From: Planctomycetota bacterium
GTDB lineage: Bacteria > Planctomycetota > B15-G4 > JADJEK01
Direction of reading: 5' to 3'
DNA length: 64,000 bases
Assembly (NCBI GenBank): GCA_044225365.1
Contig: JBGAIQ010000012.1
Coordinates: 83,345 to 147,344 of the forward strand
Position numbers and translations under genes: made by a program. Each line of letters begins with the position of its first letter. The first letter of the stretch is position 1. This document shows positions 58,742-64,000 of the stretch, one piece after another. Below the pieces are notes generated by a model. That model worked only from the letters and a program-made list of their open reading frames with translations, was not told where the DNA came from and searched no databases.

Positions 58742-60154
58742 TTGGATCATCCTTACGAGTACGACCTCGTGTGCATCGGCGCCGGAGCCGCCGGCCGTCA
58801 CGCCGCGTTGTTCGCGGGAGAGATCGGCAAGCGCGTCGCCGTGATCGAGAAGGAGCGGACGATCGCGCGCCTCGGTACGCAGGGCGGCACGTTGCCGTCG
58901 AAGACTCTGCGGGAGGCGGTTCGATCACTCAAACTGGTCCGGCGAGCGGAACCGTACGGCGTCCCGAGCGGCGGTCTGCGGGACCGACCCGACCTTCGAT
59001 ATCTCCACGATCGCGTCGAAGAAGTCTGCGTGGACGAGGGCACGCGGATCGCGGATCAATTCGCTCGCCTGCGGATCGATCTGCTGTCGGGAAAGGCGCG
59101 ATTCGTCGACCCGCATACGCTCGCGCTCGAGTCCGCGCATGGTGTGCGTGAGATCACCGCGGAATACATCCTCATCGCGGTCGGGGCGAAGGGAATCGAG
59201 CCCGAGGGCGTCGCGTGCGACGGCGAGACGATCGTCGACGTCGACGGTCTGCTCGAATTGCGAGAGCTGCCGCGTTCGCTCATCGTCGTGGGCTGCGGAC
59301 TCGCTGGCCTCGAATTCGGAACGATGTTCGCCACCCTCGGTACGCGCGTCACGCTGGTCGATTCGCGCGAGAAGCCCCTCGACTTCCTCGATCGCTCGCT
59401 CTTCGACGAACTCGTCGCGGAATTGAAGCGCCAGCGGGTCGAGGTCGCGTTCGGCATGGGCGTCGACGGCGCGAGCGTGGAATGCGACGAAAGGGGCAAG
59501 CGCGCGGTGGTTCGATTCGCCGACGGAAGGACCGAGCGCGCCGACGTCGCGCTGTTCGCGACCGCGCGCAATGGTGTGACGCGAACCCTCGGACTCGATC
59601 GGATCGGAATCGAAGTCTCCGAACGCGGGCACGTCCGGGTCGATACCGACTATCGAACCCAGGTCCCGAACGTATTCGCAGCGGGCGACGTGATCGGTCA
59701 CACGCCGCGTGCTTCGATCGCGGCGGAGCAGGGACGCGTGGCGGCAGCGCGGATGTTCCAGATGCCGCTGCCCGCGCTCAGCGATCGCGAAGTGTTCGGG
59801 GTCTACTCGGTCCCCGAGCTCGCGATGATTGGCTCGACAGAACAGCAACTATCCGCCGCGGGCGTCCCGTACGTCGCCGGCGTTGCGCACTACCGCGAGA
59901 TCGCGCGCGGCGCGATGCTCGGAGACGAGTTCGGGTACTTCAAGATGCTGTTCGATCGGCGCGATCGAAAGCTCGTGGGCGTTCATTGCGCGGGGACGAA
60001 CGCGACGGAATTGATCCACGTCGGCCAGGCCGTGCTGATGCTGAACGGCACGCTCGATTACTTCCTGACCAACGTCTTCAATTATCCGACGCTTGCAGAG
60101 TGCTACAAGGTCGCCGCGCTGGACGCGGCGAATCGGATGGCCGCTCACGCCTGA
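58742..60154 (+). CDS. sthA: Soluble pyridine nucleotide transhydrogenase (Si-specific)
   Basis: YDLVCIGAGAAG, GTLPSKTLREAV, ATELIHVGQAV and VFNYPTLAECYKVAALD. Start (TTG at 58742) uncertain. Confidence 0.85.
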   Translation: MDHPYEYDLVCIGAGAAGRHAALFAGEIGKRVAVIEKERTIARLGTQGGTLPSKTLREAVRSLKLVRRAEPYGVPSGGLRDRPDLRYLHDRVEEVCVDEGTRIADQFARLRIDLLSGKARFVDPHTLALESAHGVREITAEYILIAVGAKGIEPEGVACDGETIVDVDGLLELRELPRSLIVVGCGLAGLEFGTMFATLGTRVTLVDSREKPLDFLDRSLFDELVAELKRQRVEVAFGMGVDGASVECDERGKRAVVRFADGRTERADVALFATARNGVTRTLGLDRIGIEVSERGHVRVDTDYRTQVPNVFAAGDVIGHTPRASIAAEQGRVAAARMFQMPLPALSDREVFGVYSVPELAMIGSTEQQLSAAGVPYVAGVAHYREIARGAMLGDEFGYFKMLFDRRDRKLVGVHCAGTNATELIHVGQAVLMLNGTLDYFLTNVFNYPTLAECYKVAALDAANRMAAHA

Positions 60155-60172
60155 CGGCGTCCTCGGTGTAGG

Positions 60173-60982
60173 ATGGTCGCCCGTCGCAGGCTGAGGGACA
60201 CGGAGGATCCACCGATGCATCATTCGCTATTCCCGTTCGAACTACTCGACCGCCCCTCGCTCGCGAATCGCGGTGGATCGGACATCTGCCAAGCGCTTCG
60301 CGCTCGCGCGCCGCGCACGTGTCCCGGCATCCCCAGTCTGACTTTGCTCGAGGCGACGGTCGAATTGCTGCGCGAGGTTCCATGGCGCATTCGAGTCGAT
60401 CACTGTTTCGAGACCGACGGTGACGTGCAGCTCGCCGTGGTGGCAACCGATCTCGGACGGGATGTCGAGATGGGCGATCTCGTCAACGCCGGCTTCTTCC
60501 TCCGCAATTCCGAGTCGAGCGCGACGGGCGCGATGGTCGGCGAACGGATCTTCCGCGTCGTTTGCGGCAACGGGGCGATCGTCGAGCTCGAGAAAGGGCA
60601 GTCGACGATCCTCTCGGCGCGTTCGGACTGGCGTTCGGCTCTCGCCAGAGTGATCGAGCGTTCGTTCTCCGCGGAAGGACTCGATCGAGACGTCGCCCAA
60701 TTCCGGGCGACGAAGGCTCAGATGCTGATCGCTCCGTTCGAACTGCTCTGCGGTCTCGTCGCGCAGCAGATCATTACCGAGGACGAGCAAATCGCCATCC
60801 AAGAAGAGTTCGACGCCGCCGCCGATCACACATTCTACGGAATCATCAACGCGGTGACGCGCGTTGCAGGTCGCCTCCTCGAGCGAGACGACTGGAAGCG
60901 AGCGATGGAACTCGAGCGGCTCGGGGGTCGGATCCTGCGCGGCGATCACCGCTCGACGAACCGGGAACCCGTGTTTCGGTGA
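60173..60982 (+). CDS. DUF932-like protein (family common on phages and plasmids)
   Basis: GD.V.AG..LRNSE...RIFRVVCGNG and TFYGIINAVT...ELERLGG. The start could be 60215. Confidence 0.62.
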   Translation: MVARRRLRDTEDPPMHHSLFPFELLDRPSLANRGGSDICQALRARAPRTCPGIPSLTLLEATVELLREVPWRIRVDHCFETDGDVQLAVVATDLGRDVEMGDLVNAGFFLRNSESSATGAMVGERIFRVVCGNGAIVELEKGQSTILSARSDWRSALARVIERSFSAEGLDRDVAQFRATKAQMLIAPFELLCGLVAQQIITEDEQIAIQEEFDAAADHTFYGIINAVTRVAGRLLERDDWKRAMELERLGGRILRGDHRSTNREPVFR

Positions 60983-61440
60983 ATACGAAGCAACGCAATA
61001 CCTTTCTCGCGAGTGCGATCGCCTCGGGGCTGTTCTCGCTTCCCGCGACGTGGATGCATTTCCGGAATTTCGAGTCGCGAGTCGGAGCGATCGGCGAGCA
61101 GCGCAGTACCGTGCTCCGTGGCGTGTCGCACAGTGTCACGGGCGTGGATGGCGACGTCTCGTTCTTGTTTACCGTTCCCATCTGGGTCGTCGTGTGCATC
61201 GCGATCGGAGCGTCGCTGCTCCATTTCATGCGGGAGTCCGATCGCTTCGCCGTGTCGATGTGGGCGATCTGGGCCACCGGGAGCTTTGCGATCGCTTGGA
61301 TGGTCGTTCCACTCGCGGTGTCGTTGACTCCCGATCACACGATCCTCGGCATCGGAACCCTGCTCGGGATCTACTGCGCGGCGGTGCCTCTGATCTGCGC
61401 GATCCTTTCGCGACGCGACCCGATGAATTCGACGCCGTAA
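60979..61440 (+). CDS. Hypothetical membrane protein
   Basis: GTG start overlapping the upstream stop (GTGA); four hydrophobic segments. Confidence 0.6.
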   Translation: MNTKQRNTFLASAIASGLFSLPATWMHFRNFESRVGAIGEQRSTVLRGVSHSVTGVDGDVSFLFTVPIWVVVCIAIGASLLHFMRESDRFAVSMWAIWATGSFAIAWMVVPLAVSLTPDHTILGIGTLLGIYCAAVPLICAILSRRDPMNSTP

Positions 61441-61455
61441 CGGTGCCGAAGACCG

Positions 61456-62640
61456 CTACTTCGCATTCGCCCACCACGACAGACGCTCCGCGGCGAGCGG
61501 AACGTTCTCGATCGCGCCGCAGCGCCCCGCGATCGCGGCGACTCGGAGATAATGATCGAGGTCGCGCGAGGCCTCGACGGCGTTCACTAATGTGAACTCG
61601 TCCTGATTTCCATTGAGCCACGACACGAACGCGAGCCCCGCTTTGTAAGCGCTCGTCGGCGCCTCGAAGATCGCCTGACCGAGCAACTCGAGGTCGGTCA
61701 TGATCTCGCGGTAACGTTGAAGGTTGCCGAGGGCGAGCCATCGGAGCGCGATCCCGGCGGGGGCGGCGATGGCGTCGAAGATCCCGAGGAGGCCGTGGGA
61801 GAAGTCGCCGAGTGCGACATCCTGGCTGAGGAGCTTCGTCCACTGCGTGGGCTTCCCGCCGTTGCCCTCGATGAGGGAGGCGAAATGGTGATCGTCGCCG
61901 GTGAGCAGGATCTGCCCGCGCGGCAGCATCTCCTTGCGCACGTTTTGCTCGAAGTCGGCGTCGAGGAGCGAGAGCTTCGCGCCGCGGATCTTGTCGGGAT
62001 CGTGTCGAAGGATCCGCTCGAAGCTGTCGCCCGGGAAGTAGCCGTCGAGCGCGGGCATGAACATCTTGCCGAGCCAATGCAAGAACACGGGTCCTTCGAT
62101 GCCGTCGACGATGGAGCGATAGATCTCGACGTAGTCGTCGGCCGTGCATCCCATCGTCACGAGCGATGGCAGAGGCAGCAGGATCACCGCTCCGCCCGCG
62201 GCCTGGATCTCTCGCGCCTGCGACTGCACGCCGGCGATCAGCGCCGCGCGATCGAGAGGATCCTCGCACGAGTCGCCGCCGGCCCCCGCGATGAAGCCAT
62301 GCGCTAGTTTCGTCGCGCCCGTGCGGACGATGAGTTCGCGCGCGGCGGGCCAGCCGATCTCGAAGCGTTGCGCGGTGTCCATCGCCTCCGCGATTGCAAA
62401 GCCGTGGCTCGCGAGATGACGTCGAAACGCGAGCGTCTTCTCGAAGTCGAAGTGCGCGATGAGCTCGGAGCGGGGAACGTCCTTGCGATAGGTCGGCTTC
62501 AGGATCACGTGCGCCGCGGCGGCGACGAAACGTGCGGGCTTCAGCGGGTCGAGGGATGCGAGCGCTTCTCGATCGTGGTCCTGGACGCCGTCGTCCAGTT
62601 CGATCGAACGGCCCGCGACATTCACCGTCACGCGTGTCAT
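61456..62640 (-). CDS. DUF993 family protein (DHDPS-like TIM barrel)
   Basis: AAAHV, AEAMDTAQR, LHWLGKMF.PAL.GY, TGDD and SHGLLGIFD motifs. Confidence 0.85.
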   Translation of the reverse strand: MTRVTVNVAGRSIELDDGVQDHDREALASLDPLKPARFVAAAAHVILKPTYRKDVPRSELIAHFDFEKTLAFRRHLASHGFAIAEAMDTAQRFEIGWPAARELIVRTGATKLAHGFIAGAGGDSCEDPLDRAALIAGVQSQAREIQAAGGAVILLPLPSLVTMGCTADDYVEIYRSIVDGIEGPVFLHWLGKMFMPALDGYFPGDSFERILRHDPDKIRGAKLSLLDADFEQNVRKEMLPRGQILLTGDDHHFASLIEGNGGKPTQWTKLLSQDVALGDFSHGLLGIFDAIAAPAGIALRWLALGNLQRYREIMTDLELLGQAIFEAPTSAYKAGLAFVSWLNGNQDEFTLVNAVEASRDLDHYLRVAAIAGRCGAIENVPLAAERLSWWANAK

Positions 62641-62650
62641 CGTCGGATCC

Positions 62651-64000
62651 TCACGACGACGCGCGCTGCGCGGCCTTGATCGCCTTCACGCGCTCGTTCT
62701 CCGGCATGGCGCGATAATGAGGATCGAGGGGATAACAACCGCTGATCATGCCGTGCCGCGGCGCGGTCGTGCAGTCGGAGAACGTGCGACAGATCTTCTT
62801 GCGATCGAGCGCTCGCCCCGCGAGGAGATCGGAAGGAAGCTCAGGATAGGAGAGAACCATTCGTCCGAGTCCGACGGCGTCGACGAAGCCGTTGCGGACT
62901 TCGTATTGCGCGACGTTCCCCAGATACTCCTGAAGATAACTATATGCAGTCCCGACGAAGATCATGTCGGGGAAGGCGCGCTTGAAATGGCGTGCGATCC
63001 GCAATTGGAGGGCGACGAATCGCAGCGGGTCGTCCGGGGGCGGATAACCATCGCTCGGAGGATACGCTGCCGGCCGTTGGAGATGAGGGCAGTAATAAGG
63101 CGAGCCGAGCGTGAGATTGATCATCCTCACGCCGACGGCTCGCAGCATTTCGATGACCCGGCGCGGCTCGTCGAGATCGGGCTGCGTCGGGTGATCGACG
63201 TCCACGCCGAAGCCGTATCGATACGGCCCATCGAACGGAACGGGGCGGCCCCGCCCGGCGTCGTCCTTCGCGTAGGGGATGACGTCGCTCGCCGACAGTC
63301 GCACGCCGATCGCGAGCTTTGGGCACTCCGCCTGGATCGACTCGATGATCCGTCGAAGCAGCGCCGTCCGATTGCGGAGGATCCCGCCGTACTTGCCTTC
63401 TCGCGTGTGCGCCGACAGCGATTCGTGGAGCAGGTAGCCGTGGCAGCACTTGACGTCGACGAAGTCGAATCCGACGCGCTCGGCGCACTTCGCCGCGCGG
63501 ACGTACGCATCGGCGATCGATTCGAGTTCGGCGTCGCGAAGGATCGGGGCGTCGTCGATCACCCCGACACGGGCATCGAGGATCGGGTGGCGATAGAGGA
63601 TGCGGGGTTTCTTGAGATCCGTCTCCGGCTTCGAGAAGCGGCCCGAATGCGTGAGTTGGAGGCCGACCGCGAGATCGTCGTCGCTGCCGCGTCGTGGATG
63701 GTGTGCGCGATGCTCGTCGCGAAGCGCGCGCAACAGCGCGCCGAGCCCGGCCTCGGCGCGGGTCTCGTCGTGGAGGTACAACTGATTCGGATTCGCGCGG
63801 CCGTCGGCGGTGACGGCATACGCTTCGCCGCCCCAGATCCACTTCGCGCCGCTTTGGCCGAATCGCCGCCATCGCCGCATTGTGTGTTCGGTGGGATCGC
63901 CCTTTGGCGTGCCGTCCCAACCCTCCATGGGATGGATGACGAAGCGATTGGAGATGCGTTTGAAGGTTAGATCGAGCGGCTGCGCGAGCGCGCCGTTCGG
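62651..64000 (-). CDS. NADH:flavin oxidoreductase (Old Yellow Enzyme family), 5' end outside window
   Basis: NRFVIHPMEGWD, QLTHSGR, DVKCCHGYLLHE and VGLGRM. The frame stays open to the window edge. Confidence 0.88.
   Translation of the reverse strand, partial: PNGALAQPLDLTFKRISNRFVIHPMEGWDGTPKGDPTEHTMRRWRRFGQSGAKWIWGGEAYAVTADGRANPNQLYLHDETRAEAGLGALLRALRDEHRAHHPRRGSDDDLAVGLQLTHSGRFSKPETDLKKPRILYRHPILDARVGVIDDAPILRDAELESIADAYVRAAKCAERVGFDFVDVKCCHGYLLHESLSAHTREGKYGGILRNRTALLRRIIESIQAECPKLAIGVRLSASDVIPYAKDDAGRGRPVPFDGPYRYGFGVDVDHPTQPDLDEPRRVIEMLRAVGVRMINLTLGSPYYCPHLQRPAAYPPSDGYPPPDDPLRFVALQLRIARHFKRAFPDMIFVGTAYSYLQEYLGNVAQYEVRNGFVDAVGLGRMVLSYPELPSDLLAGRALDRKKICRTFSDCTTAPRHGMISGCYPLDPHYRAMPENERVKAIKAAQRASS

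Overview
GC-rich bacterial chromosomal window, most likely an uncultured Planctomycetota lineage (inferred from membrane-anchored giant ECF sigma factors, an FHA-CpaF Tad cluster and FG-GAP/M28 secreted proteins). It holds about 45 CDSs; no rRNA, tRNA or CRISPR array was seen. Content: part of a Tad/Flp pilus operon, xth, carbohydrate enzymes (GH51, a frameshifted six-hairpin hydrolase, three beta-helix proteins), a hybrid histidine kinase, an orphan N6-adenine methyltransferase, an L,D-transpeptidase, a RAYT transposase inside a two-type REP array, a split sugar ABC operon, nrfHA (CXXCH-type), trmB, a VIT-vWA/rhombosortase operon, sthA and a DUF932-like gene. Best candidate for an undescribed system: three ECF sigma-TM-Ig-repeat fusion genes. 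Each has an in-frame internal Shine-Dalgarno plus start codon just before the TM helix, two share a conserved near-leaderless ECF-type promoter, and a free-standing gene resembles their extracytoplasmic half. Also notable: REPs with a GGAC 5' end, a shared C-terminal domain on unrelated secreted proteins, and frequent leaderless promoters. All product calls come from motif recognition by eye; no database searches were run.
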